Below, piece by piece: positions 24,702-35,640 of a stretch of 64,000 nt of DNA. The notes under the pieces were generated by a model that was not told the DNA's origin, did not search any database, and was given only the letters and a program-made list of their open reading frames with translations. The position numbers and the translations under genes were made by a program. This stretch comes from Amoebidium appalachense (Eukaryota; Protista; Ichthyosporea). Within the stretch, counting starts at the first letter, position 1. Each line of letters begins with the position of its first letter. The stretch covers positions 521,817-585,816 of the forward strand of contig CAVNZM010000013.1 of the NCBI GenBank assembly GCA_963693365.1, given 5' to 3'.

Positions 24702-24762
24702 AATGCTTGCGCATGTTGGAGAGATGGGTCATCAGCGCTATCACCGGGCGCTTTGTGTGTGT

Positions 24763-24818
<56 letters not shown>

Positions 24819-24919
24819 ATGCTTGCGCTTGCACCTGTGTTGTTTGAGAGTAGGGTCATGAGCGCATGTGGGAGAGATGGGTCATCAGCGCTATCACCGG
24901 GCGCTTTGTGTGTGTGTGT

Positions 24920-24966
<47 letters not shown>

Positions 24967-25187
24967 ATGCGTGCGCTTGCACCTGTGTTGTTTGAGAGTA
25001 GGGTCGTGAGCGCAATCACCGTGCGCTTGCACATGTGTTGTTGGAGAGATGGGTCATCAGCGCTATCACCGGGCGCTTTGTGTGTGTGTGTGTGTGTTTG
25101 TGTGTGTGTGGGGGGGGGGGGGGGATATGCGTGCGCTTGCACCTGTGTTGTTTGAGAGTAGGGTCATGAGCGCTATTACCGTGTGCG
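23700..25187. repeat. ~50-bp unit array: 3 direct copies (23700-23860) facing many inverted copies (23920-25187)
   Basis: Forward unit GATAGCGCTCATGACCCTACTCTCAAACAACACAGGTGCAAGCGCAC; its reverse complement GTGCGCTTGCACMTGTGTTGTTTGAGAGTAGGGTCATGAGCGCTAT recurs downstream. Confidence 0.9.
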
Positions 25188-25281
25188 CTAGCTTCGTTGA
25201 ATATTCACTACTTCGCGCTAGCTTTGACCGTTTATTGGCCAACTCTGCGCTGCTTTGACTTTTTGCCCATGGCTTCTTTAT

Positions 25282-25638
25282 TTATTTTTCGTCTTTTACG
25301 TCTTTGCCCGCGTCGTCCCCCCAAATCAGCTGCAACGTGTCCTCTTCGGTTGTAAGCGTGATGTTGAGCGACGTGATGGTTTGCACGGCAATCCTGTACA
25401 CGTCTGCCGGCGCATAGTCGAACAGGTGGATCCTCGGTTGGCGGTCGGGGTAGTAGTGGCTGTATGCGAGCACGTTTCCGATCGCCGTCTTCCACTGCGA
25501 CACACGCTGCACCTAGATGACCTGCGTGCTCGTCAGCACGTCAATCCGGCCGGCCCGAGTGGGCACCCCGCACACCCCGTCCTCGAGCTCGGCCAGTCGC
25601 TCGCGCACGAACGCCTCGTCGTAGCCTACCGCAGACAT
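25282..25638 (-). pseudogene. PD-(D/E)XK nuclease-like gene (NCLDV/cyanobacterial GxIDxLT..IEVK..WKxAxGQ..Y..YP..RIHLF type) with in-frame TAG
   Basis: Manual translation from ATG 25638 gives MSAVGYDEAFVRERLAELEDGVCGVPTRAGRIDVLTSTQVI*VQRVSQWKTAIGNVLAYSHYYPDRQPRIHLF. The TAG at 25513-25515 sits where the catalytic Glu belongs. Confidence 0.8.
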
Positions 25639-25783
25639 CCTGTACAGTGTACGAATAAAAAACAGCCAGAATGCGATCTACCTGACTCACTCTTAATACT
25701 CTAAATCACTTTGAAATGTTTTGAAAATACTTGTGAATCACTTCAAAGTGTTTCCAAATTTCTTTTCTTGTCATTTAGCAGCA

Positions 25784-26189
25784 ATGGATCACCCATGCAC
25801 GCCTACCACAGAAACACCTCCTGAACCGAGGCGCTACACTTGCACACTGTGTCCCACAATGTTCACATTGAAGGCGAATCTAAAAAGGCACCAAAATGCC
25901 CACAAGAGTAATGGCACCGGCGCATATGCCTGTCCACAACCCGGCTGCTTTGCAACATTTGCCCGCAGCGATCACATGAAATTGCATCACCGCACACACT
26001 CTGGCAGCCGACCCTATCAATGTCCAGACTGTCCCGCCACGTATGTATATCCGTCTGGTTTGTGGGTTCACCGGCGAACAATCCATGAAGGTTGTCGGCT
26101 GTCAAGGCGGCACAGGCGCGCAGGTGGGCGTTTTACATGCCCCGCCGACCAGTGCCAGGCTGCATTTGCCTGGTCTTCAACCCTGAACA
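25784..26189 (+). pseudogene. C2H2 zinc-finger protein, intronless, truncated in finger 4 by the copia LTR
   Basis: Three complete fingers (CTLC..H..H, CPQPGC..H..H, CPDC..H..H; linker SGSRPY). The fourth (CPADQCQAAFAWSSTLN) is cut exactly at the LTR start. Confidence 0.85.
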
Positions 26190-26897
26190 TGTTATTTTGT
26201 GTGGGTAAACGGAGAAGCAGAGGGCACAGATGGGTGTTATGTAAAACACAACACAAAGACACACGGGAAAAACACAACCGGAGAGGAGGAACGATTTCTG
26301 GAACCATAGGAAGTGAATACGACTGCTTGTGATTTATTTCAAGATGAGGTCCCTTTTATACTTGGGAATGTGAAACGATAAACCAATCAAAAGGACGAAA
26401 ACTATGAGTGTAAAATATATCGATTAAAATGTCTGTCGACACATAGAATATAAAACTCAATCCTCTAATGAAAGAAACTTCTAATAAAAGCACGGAAACA
26501 TTTAACAAAATGAAACCACTTATGTAACTATTAATTCATAACATATATTTATACATGTTCTTATCATAACACGTCTAAATATAATTATTCCTAATAGTTG
26601 AAGAACATAGCACAATGCTACGTCGTGGGAAAGGAATGAGAAAGGAATGTAAGTTACTATATTTGGGAAAATACAAACGAGATATGATTGGATGACATAT
26701 ATAGATTTTGACGCAAACGACAATACGTGTGCGCGAGCTAAGTATGTCGATACGTACACAGATCTAAGATGTCGTGTACACGGAAACGGAAAAGAAAGAA
26801 AGAAATGAAGAAAGGAAAAGGAAACAAACTACAACAACTAATAAATAAATACCAAACTCAACTTCTAAGTCTTGCTGAGAATTAAGTGAAGATGACA
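26190..26897 (-). repeat. Copia 3' LTR
   Basis: Near-identical to 31875-32582 (about 8 substitutions counted by eye). Confidence 0.95.
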
Positions 26898-27435
26898 TCC
26901 CCACTCAAGGGTTGGAAGTTGGGTTCTCGTGAAGTTTGTTGATGTGACTGTTGATGTTAAGACTTTCACACATGTAGAAGTAGGTGCCGTGAAGTCACAG
27001 TCAAGTTTCCCCACTCGAGAAGACAATGGAGAAGACTTGAAGGTGCAAGCCGGGGAAGAAAACCAAAACGGAAGAAGCACACAACGACGGTTGCCTCTGA
27101 AGACTCGGAAGATGACGGTAGCCAATGACGTGATATATAAATATATATAGAAGAAACAACTAGTGTATGTGTGACGTGTTGGTGGCTAATGATAAATGCA
27201 TTATATATATGGTGGTATATAGATAAACGACGGATGGTGGAGAAGAAATCCCCACTGAAGATGCACACACTGAAGATCGATGAAGACAGCAGTAGACTTT
27301 CGTTGGGAGGTGTCTCTACACGGTGATGTGTAGACCACTGGCCAGGGCCCCAACCTACTTGAAGACCACTGTAGATGAACCGGGGGGGGGGGGGGGGGGG
27401 GGAGGGGGGGGAGGGGGGGGGGGGGGGGGGCACAC

Positions 27436-30400
27436 TCAGTCACGAAGACTGAGTGAATCACGGTGTTGCTCGTGGGAGGGCCCGGGCAGGGGCTTGGTGA
27501 AGATGTCAGCCACGTTGTCTTTGCTGGACACGTAGGTGACGACCACATCCCCACTCTTGATGTAGTCCTTCGTGTTGTGGTAACGGACTGCAATGTGTTT
27601 GGTCCGGTGCTTGATGCTGTTGGTGTGCAGGAGGGCAATGGTGGACTGGTTGTCACAGTAGACGGGGGTGGGGTCGGTCATCGGGTAGCCGAGTTCACGG
27701 AGGAGATCACGGTGCCAGATGACGTTTTGAACAGCAGCATTGATGGCCAGAAGCTCAGCCTCGGTGGTGGATGTTGCCGTGATGGACTGCAGCTTCGAAT
27801 ACCATGTGATGGGTATGCCCTTGAAGAAGATGACGTATCCGGTGGTTGAACGACGGGTGTTGGGGCAGTTGGCAAAGTCAGCATCAGAATAACACTCCAG
27901 CAAGGGGGTGTTGTCGTCGGAAGCAGACTTGTCGTAGTGAAGGCCGAGGTTGGAAGTGCCGATGAGGTACCGAACTACACGGAGTAGACATTCCCATGCA
28001 AGTTTGGTGGGGTTGGCACTGAATCTACCGAGGTAGCCGATGGCAAAGGAGATGTCGGGCCGGGAACAACGAGCAACCCACAAAAGACGGCCGAGTAGTT
28101 CACGGTAGGGAACCTTGATGGGTGGTGAGTCGTTCTCGTTGATGGTGATGACGGTGCCGACGGGAATGGGAGTAGCCTTGGGGTGAGCATCGTTGAGGTT
28201 GAAGTCTCTGACGATGTCGTTGATGTAGGATTGCTGAAGCAGCTTGAGGTGACCGGGGGTGTGGATGAGCTGGGTGCCAAGGAAGATGTCGGGAAGGTCA
28301 ACCTTGCAGAGAGCTGACTTCATGATGTGGTCTACTAGATCCTTGGTGTGGGAGGAGTTGGCCGTGCAGATGATGATGACGTCGTCCACATAGTTGCCAG
28401 TGAGGATGATGTCACCGTTGGGGAAGGTCTTGATGTAGACACATGGATCTGAACGGAGACGTTCGAGACCGTGAGCAAGGAGGACCTTGTCGAAGTACTC
28501 ATACCAGGCCAGTGATGCTTGCTTGAGCCCGTAGAGTGCCTTCTTAAGTTTCCAGACCTTGTGTTCGTTGCCGGGGGTGATGAAGCCAGGTGGTGGCTCA
28601 ATGTAGATGTCTTCTTGAAGAGGACTGTTGAGGAAGGCAGTTGAGACGTCGAGTTGATGAATCTCATGGTTGCCGTCCACACCGATGGCAAGGAGGGCAC
28701 GGACGGAGGAGGACATCACCACGGGGGAAGAGGTGTCACCGTAGTCAACACCGTAGACTTGAGTGAAGCCCTTTGCAACACCACGAGCTTTGATCTTGGT
28801 GTCACCGGCTGAGTTGAGGACTTTCTCAGTCACAATCCACTTGAACTTGATGATGTTGGCACCAGGGGGGGGATCAACAATGGTGAAGACATCCTTGGTG
28901 ATGAAGGCTTGGTACTCGGAGGTGAGGGCAGCTATGACGGCATCACCGTTGGGACCGTTGCAAAGCTTTTGAATGCCCTTGGGGAGCTGGTCAATGTTGA
29001 TGGTCGGTGCTACGATGCTGACCAGTGCCGTTGGAGTCTTGGTGAGACGTGTAGACCGACGAAGGTTGGGCTTGGGGGGGTCCTTGAGGGGGGTGGTGGC
29101 CGGGTAGGTGGTGGAGGCCGGGATAGGGGCATGGAAGCCAGGAATAGGACCGGTGGTGAGGGGGGCATCGGTGTCCACAGGGCTGCTCGTGGCCGAGTGG
29201 AAGGTGGGGGACCCAGGACGAACCGGAGTCATGTAGCCGGGTTGATGCACAGCAACGGGGGGGCCGGCAGCAAGGGTTGTTGGCCAGTGGGGGGGGGGCT
29301 CGGGGGAGGCACGGGTTCAACCGGGGCTGGTTGGTTGTGCCAGGACGGTTGGGAGATGACCACAGACGGAGTTTCATCGTCGTCGTCGGAGGGGGGGTCC
29401 AATGTCGGCAGATCGGGTTTGGGGGGAACGGAGACCTGATTGGTGCTGTCCGTGAATTTCGACTCGTCGAAGATCACATCACGGCAGATCTTGATTTGGT
29501 TGCTGGCATGGTCGAGGATCTTGTGTGCCTTGGAGGGTAGGTCCCAGCCGACGTAGGTGCCGACTCGGACGGTTGATGCCAGCTTGTTCCTCTTTGACCG
29601 GGGAACATGCACATAGGCAGGGGAGCCGAACACGTGGAGCTGGGAGACGTCGGGTTTGAAGCCGTGGAAGGCCTCGAAGGGAGTGTTGCCGTTGGCAGCA
29701 GATGACGGTGTGACGTTGATGATGTAGCTTGTATGCTTGAGAGCAGCAACCCACAACTTGGGAGAGAGAGGTTGGTCCTTGTCGGCATGGAGGAAGCAAC
29801 GGACTGTCTCTTGCAGTTCTCTCATCTTCCGTTCAACAACACCATTGTGTTGTGGTGTGTCGACGGGGGCAAACTCCATGATGATGCCTTTCTGCTTGCA
29901 GTAGGCCTCGGTGTCCTTGGAGGTGAACTCAGAGCCGGAGTCAAACCGAAGATGGGTGACGATCTCAGGTGTCTGACGTTCGATGGTTTCAACGAGAGAC
30001 TGAATGTGGCTGAGGGTTTCACCACGGTTGTAAAGGGGGAACACGGTGGTGTAACCGGTGGCATCACAAACACACACCAGAGCAACCTTGTAGCCTCCGT
30101 AGGAAGCACAGGGAGCTTCGAAGAAGTCCAGGTGCCACTTAGCACCGGGAATGGTGAACTTGGAACGGGTGCCGGGAAAGGGGGCCTTGGTGGTCTTGCC
30201 AGACATGCAGCCGAAGCAGTCACTGTTGTCGGGTGACTTGAGGGAGGGGGCATGCCGATGACCAGCTCATCCTTGGCCATCCTGGTGACGGTGGAGAGGG
30301 CACGGTGGCCGAGACGGTTGTGCCAAAGGGTGAGGTCGTCGGGTGGTTGAGTCCTTGCTGTGTAGGCTTGGACCCCCGGGTGTTTAGGAGTCTCAATCAC

Positions 30401-31798
30401 ATAGTCAGTGATGTAGTAGAGACCGTCGAGGGGGGTGAGATCTGTAATAATGTCACCATTACGGCTGTAGAGGAACGACGGGTGGTTGTCTGTATCGTCA
30501 CAATGACCTAGGAGGCCGGCAGCTGATGCCATGGAGGTAGACACGAGGAAAGACGGTGCCTCGGGTACGTAGTAAGCATTGATGCTGCACGGTGTTGGGT
30601 GGCCGTTGTAGTGCAGTGTCATGTTGATGATGCCACGTTGTTTGGCATTGACTGTGCCGAGGCCGTGAATGGGGGTGGGAGGACACGGGGTAAGGGAGGA
30701 GAAATACTCCTTGATGGGGCAGATGTGTGCATTACAAGCACTGTCCCAGACGGGGTCGTTACTGTCAGGTGTGCCGGTGGAGGAGATGAGTGCAAATTTC
30801 ACACTCTTGTCACCTTTCTCCTGCTTGGCACGACGAGCAACTGTGCAGCCAGGCTCCGGGCATGCTGTGATGTGGTGGGGCTCATGGCAGTAGGAACACT
30901 TCACACTGTTGGTGTTGTGCTGTCGGTTACGGTTGTCCCTGTTACCACGGTGGTAAGGGGAAGTTGAACGGGGGCCGGGTGACTTGGAGGGAGGACGAGG
31001 ATCACGGGAACGGGACGGGGAACGGTGAGGTGTATGCTCACGTCGAGGAATACGGTTACGGAGGTCACCGGGGGGAAGCACTCTGCTCTGGAGTGCACGG
31101 AGGGGACGGTTGTTGACGGTTGCACCTGTGCCTGCGTCGATGAGGCCGGCACGGATTTCAGCTCCTCGGATGTCACTGATGAGCATGTTGAAGGACGGGT
31201 AGGCCTTGTTGTTCATCCAGTAGTCGGAGCAGAGACGTTCAATGTCGGGGCAGACCAGGGCTGTGTTCTTCCGGATGTGGAGGAAGAACTTACGTACGAC
31301 ATCCTTGTGCTGGACGGGTTCGTCGAGGCAGGCAAGTGTCGTAGCCAGACGTTGGAGACGGGTGAGGTATGCTGTGACGTTGGGGTAGTCTCGTAGTTCA
31401 AGCTCCTCGAAGGTGACTTGAATCTGGGTGACTCGGGCCTCCTTCTCTGCTACATACGCCATACGTAGGTTGTGGAAGACTTCACCACCGTGGACACCGT
31501 CTTGCATCCGGCCGGAGTCGTAGAGCTCGGTCGGGTGGACGGACTGGTTGAGGATCTGGTCGAGGACGTCGGAAGCTTTCTTGTAGGAGTCCTTGGTGGT
31601 GTAGCCTAGCCACTGGTTGGCTTCAGCGCCGTCAACCCACTGTGGCCTCTTGATAGCGTCAACGAATTTCTCGGCAATGGTGGTTCTAATGAACCGGTGA
31701 ATGAGTGGCTCCCACTCGAAATAATTAAGACGTTTCTCGTCTCGTTTCTCGGACGGATTCCATATTGGAAGGTTGATATACGACGGTTTGTCAGTCAT
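27436..31798 (-). CDS. Copia Gag-Pol polyprotein in three ORF pieces (frameshifts near 30240 and 29290, both at G-runs)
   Basis: CCHC knuckle CSYCHEPHHITAC; protease WDSAC; LWHNRLGH; integrase D..D(SGSEF)..E(RKMR); RT LDVSTAFLN, LYGLKQA, YVDD; RNase H YSDADFA, TEAE, CDNQS, ADIFTK. Confidence 0.93.
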
Positions 31799-31874
31799 GA
31801 TTGAAGCAGTAAGACTGAGAGATTTTCGCGGTTGTAGCGAGATTGTGTGTTAGCGTGCAAAGGGGCCGTAAACC

Positions 31875-32582
31875 TGTTATTTTGTGTGGGTAAACGGAGA
31901 AGCAGAGAGCACAGATGGGTGTTATGTAAAACACAACACAAAGACACACGGGAAAAACACAACCGGAGAGGAGGAACGATTTCTCGAACCATAGGAAGTG
32001 AATACGACTGCTTGTGATTTATTTCAAGATGAGGTCCCTTTTATACTTGGGAATGTGAAACGATAAACCAATCAAAAGAATGAAAACTATGAGTGTAAAA
32101 TATATCGAATAAAATGTCTGTCGACATTTAGAATATAAAACTCAATCCTCTAATGAAAGAAACTTCTAATAAAAGCACGGAAACATTTAATAAAATGAAA
32201 CCACTTATGTAACTATTAATTCATAACATATATTTATACATGTTCTTATCATAACACGTCTAAATATAATTATTCCTAATAGTTGAAGAACATAGCACAA
32301 TGCTACGTCGTGGGAAAGGAATGAGAAAGGAATGTAAGTTACTATATTTGGGAAAATACAAACGAGATATGATTGGATGACATATATAGATTTTGACGCA
32401 AACGACAATACGTGTGCGCGAGCTAAGTATGTCGATACGTACACAGATCTAAGATGTCGTGTACACGGAAACGGAAAAGAAAGAAAGAAATGAAGAAAGG
32501 AAAAGGAAACAAACTACAACAACTAATAAATAAATACCAAACTCAACTTCTAAGTCTTGCTGAGAATTAAGTGAAGATGACA
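31875..32582 (-). repeat. Copia 5' LTR
   Basis: Pair of 26190-26897. Confidence 0.95.
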
Positions 32583-32727
32583 GGGGGGGGGTTTGCTCGG
32601 AATATCCCCTCAGCGGTATATCATGATCACGTACATAGATGTCGGGTGGTGACTATATATCAGGGTTTACTTTCTCTACGAGACACCATAAAGACTACAA
32701 GGAGAAATCAATTAGTTGGGGTTCCCC

Positions 32728-32765
<38 letters not shown>

Positions 32766-32797
32766 GGGCTCCCCTCGGGACACTCGGTATCAGCTGG

Positions 32798-32860
<63 letters not shown>

Positions 32861-35640
32861 TGTGTGTGTGTGCGCGTGCGCTATAATTTTGCAGTGATGT
32901 GTTTCTCAAGCCAATCAATACATCTAATAAACAGGTCGTAGTTACGCGTGTTTAGTATAAAATCAAGGATGTTGTAATTTACAGGTAGGCTATCTTTCTG
33001 GGTGTCTGTTGTGAATGTGACGTGTGTGTGTTGCGGTATTATGTGGTCTATCAAACTACATTTGGCGATACATGACCGGTTAAACTGGTGTGTGTGTGTG
33101 TTGTTTGGGCATGCAAATGATGCCACCTTATACTTATTAGATCTCCACTGTATAGCACGTGTACAGTAAAAGCGTGGTAATTGATCAATAATACCATCAG
33201 CTAGAGAAAGACCAGTTCTACAGGAAGGTAATATGTATTTAGGTGTTATACACTTGCGAGTGCCATATTTGGCAATATGGTTGAGGCGGTCAGTATATAT
33301 AAAACGAGACATAAGGCTTAGTTTTTCAAGGTGTATGCTTTCATCGGGTCTAGTGTCGTGTGGTATCTTTTTCCATTTGTTATATTGCGTGATTATCTTG
33401 TGATTGTGTACATGTTTAATAAGTAAGTGGCAGTCCAAAGTCACACACACACTATTGCGGGGTTTATTTGTATTTGTGCCCAGGGGAGAAGGGGAGAGAG
33501 AGGGGAGGAAAGAGGGGAGAGGTGAGGAGGGGACAGGTCGGATAGAGAAGAGAGGGTGGGAGGGCAAATACTTCTTTAAGCGGCTTATGTGCTTATTGAA
33601 TTTCAGCGCGAGATAGGATACTCTAGCAGCTATTGGGACCAGACCATATATCGAGAGCGTTACAGGCCCAGGTTTACAACAGTTGTTAGATAGAAAGGAG
33701 GCAACTTCTGCTTCAAGGAAATTTGCCAAGGGTTTAAGCGCTCTAGTTCTCTCTTTCTTGATCCAAGCGGCGAGAAGGGGTAAACCATATTCACATGCCG
33801 GGAAGACAAAAGTGCGAATAAATGTAAGTCTAATAGAAGGATGGAGGGGTGTGTCTTTAAAAATATTAGCCGAGAAGAAAGCTAACCGCTTACGAGCCAA
33901 CTCTACCCTCTTTTCGACCATATGGGGAAACATAACACCAACAGAATCAACCGGAACACCAAGATATTTGTATTCTGGAACTATAGGTACAGGTTTAGAT
34001 GATAATGTAAATGTGTGTAAATTGTTAGCTATATCAGGTACAAGAACACCACATTTGTCTATGTTAAGGATCATAAGGTTTGCCTTGCACCACTCTGACA
34101 CTACATCGAACAATCTTTGCAGGCGTCTAGGGGTACGGGCAAGGAGGGACAGATCATCAGCATAGAGAAGTGCAGGCGGAAAGTTATTAATAGGGTCATC
34201 GTTTTCGGCGTAAATCTTGACAGCCAAATCATCTATAAATAGGTTAAACAAAAAGGGGCTAAGCAATGAGCCCTGCAAGAGACCTCTAGTACGAGCAAAA
34301 CCATATGAAAGATGCCCATTAACCACAGCTCTACCATAGGTTTGAGACAAGAGTGCTTCTAACAGAACACCAATGCAGTGTGGTACACCCCGTGCAGCAA
34401 GCTTTTCCCATAGGAGACCAGGGGAGACAGAATCGTAAGCAGTTTTCCAATCAATAAAGCCAACATATTGTGCACCAACTTGCATAGAATCGTGCAGTGC
34501 CATTATTTGAACATAACATGAATTGTTTTTACGAAAAGCGGATTGGCATGGGTGTATGTGAAGAATAGATTGAAACCTAGGGTGATGTGCAAATAACCTA
34601 AGTAAGCAAGCTTCAAAGAATCTACGAACAACCTGGGTTAGTGTAATGGGGCGAAAGGATGATATGGGGCCCTCAGAGTCCTTCTTAACTATGGGGATCA
34701 CTAAGGTATCTAACCAAGATGACGGGACATGTCCACATTTAACACACCAAGAAAAGAGAGAGCTTAACATGATAGTAAGATCAGGTTTAATAGCACGATC
34801 ACTTTCCTTTTGTGGGTAGGAGGGAACAAGGATTTTAAGAAACCCAGCAGGGAGTCCATCAGGTCCACAAGACTTACTAGAGCTATAACTAGATATCACA
34901 GACCATATGGCATCGGGACTGAAAAAGGGGAGGATCGATTCTATGGGGATAGATGGGTCTACAGGCCACACAATAGGTTTCTGAGCGGGGGTCCTATCTT
35001 TAAACAGTTCCGAGAAATACTTATCAGAGTCTATGAGGGGGTCTCCAGTGGTATCACCAATAATACGAGCAGGGGGGCCAAATCGATTCATACTAGCAAG
35101 CCGGCGCAAGCTTTCCTTTTGAGACAGGGGTTCACCTAGTCTAGCGGGAGTGGTGTTTGGTAACAAGAGAGCATCGGGATATTCCTTCCTACCACCGCCA
35201 GCATAATCACCGAGATCTATCAAATCATCAACAATAAAGTTAGTGCATGTATCTAGTACGAGATGTGAATCTGGCCTGGCTTGTGCAGATTCTAATAGGC
35301 GCATATATATAGGGTGTTTCGTAGCATAGCATACACATACATCAACTCTACCCCACTGTGACTTAACTTGAAGCTGGGATAGACGGAGGCGAAAGGTGGG
35401 AGGGGGAGGGGGGAGCAGATCATCAAAGATCTTACACGTGTCACGGTACAAACTACGTACTTCAACACCCGGAGTAGTTTTTCATAGAAACACCGAGAGG
35501 AACAAGTTGGGCTGAGGCGCAGCGCCAGGCGTGCACGCCTGTAGGGCCGTCTTGAAAAAAAACAAAGACGCCCCACCAACCGGCTGCCTTCAAAACCAGC
35601 CCAAATGGGTAACTGCCATATCAGGCTAATCGCCCATGTG
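32583..35640 (-). mobile_element. Non-LTR retrotransposon copy 1 (longest): RT ORF, 3' UTR with (CA)n and A-run, poly(C) terminus; no endonuclease domain seen
   Basis: Shares sequence with 39535-41034 and 62497-64000. The 5' boundary is approximate (junction with an opposite-strand LINE fragment). Confidence 0.85.
32881..35451 (-). CDS. Non-LTR reverse transcriptase (856 aa ORF, non-ATG track start)
   Basis: Motifs GPDGLP, FRPITL, QSAFR, FIDWKTAYDSV, GLLQGSLLSPFLFNLFIDDL, LYADDL, YKYLGV, and C-terminal Cys/His motif CPNNTHTHQFNRSC. Confidence 0.93.
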   Translation of the reverse strand: MYRDTCKIFDDLLPPPPPTFRLRLSQLQVKSQWGRVDVCVCYATKHPIYMRLLESAQARPDSHLVLDTCTNFIVDDLIDLGDYAGGGRKEYPDALLLPNTTPARLGEPLSQKESLRRLASMNRFGPPARIIGDTTGDPLIDSDKYFSELFKDRTPAQKPIVWPVDPSIPIESILPFFSPDAIWSVISSYSSSKSCGPDGLPAGFLKILVPSYPQKESDRAIKPDLTIMLSSLFSWCVKCGHVPSSWLDTLVIPIVKKDSEGPISSFRPITLTQVVRRFFEACLLRLFAHHPRFQSILHIHPCQSAFRKNNSCYVQIMALHDSMQVGAQYVGFIDWKTAYDSVSPGLLWEKLAARGVPHCIGVLLEALLSQTYGRAVVNGHLSYGFARTRGLLQGSLLSPFLFNLFIDDLAVKIYAENDDPINNFPPALLYADDLSLLARTPRRLQRLFDVVSEWCKANLMILNIDKCGVLVPDIANNLHTFTLSSKPVPIVPEYKYLGVPVDSVGVMFPHMVEKRVELARKRLAFFSANIFKDTPLHPSIRLTFIRTFVFPACEYGLPLLAAWIKKERTRALKPLANFLEAEVASFLSNNCCKPGPVTLSIYGLVPIAARVSYLALKFNKHISRLKKYLPSHPLFSIRPVPSSPLPSFLPSLSPSPLGTNTNKPRNSVCVTLDCHLLIKHVHNHKIITQYNKWKKIPHDTRPDESIHLEKLSLMSRFIYTDRLNHIAKYGTRKCITPKYILPSCRTGLSLADGIIDQLPRFYCTRAIQWRSNKYKVASFACPNNTHTHQFNRSCIAKCSLIDHIIPQHTHVTFTTDTQKDSLPVNYNILDFILNTRNYDLFIRCIDWLEKHITAKL

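Larger units (their letters stand above)
26190..32582 (-). mobile_element. Full-length Ty1/copia LTR retrotransposon
   Basis: 708-bp LTRs at 26190-26897 and 31875-32582 with TG..CA ends. PPT TTGAGTGGGGA next to the 3' LTR; PBS-like GGTTTACGGCCCC next to the 5' LTR; domain order gag-PR-IN-RT-RH. Confidence 0.97.

Noticed and set aside
25513-25515. TAG as a reassigned or read-through codon
   Set aside because: Other genes here end in TAG normally (JmjC, RT); a point mutation is simpler.
29229-30260. Programmed frameshifts in copia pol
   Set aside because: Copia uses a single ORF and both breaks lie at G-runs, so sequencing error or decay is more likely. The same caution applies to other homopolymer frameshifts.
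33320-33360. RPDESIHLEK as a restriction-like endonuclease motif in the RT ORF
   Set aside because: The spacing is too short and it lies before, not after, the Cys/His motif, unlike R2-type REL domains.
35505-35640. HDV-like ribozyme on the + strand (GGCTAAT as J4/2)
   Set aside because: P3/L3/P1.1 could not be assigned and the orientation is opposite to the RT ORF; kept only as a generic structured leader.
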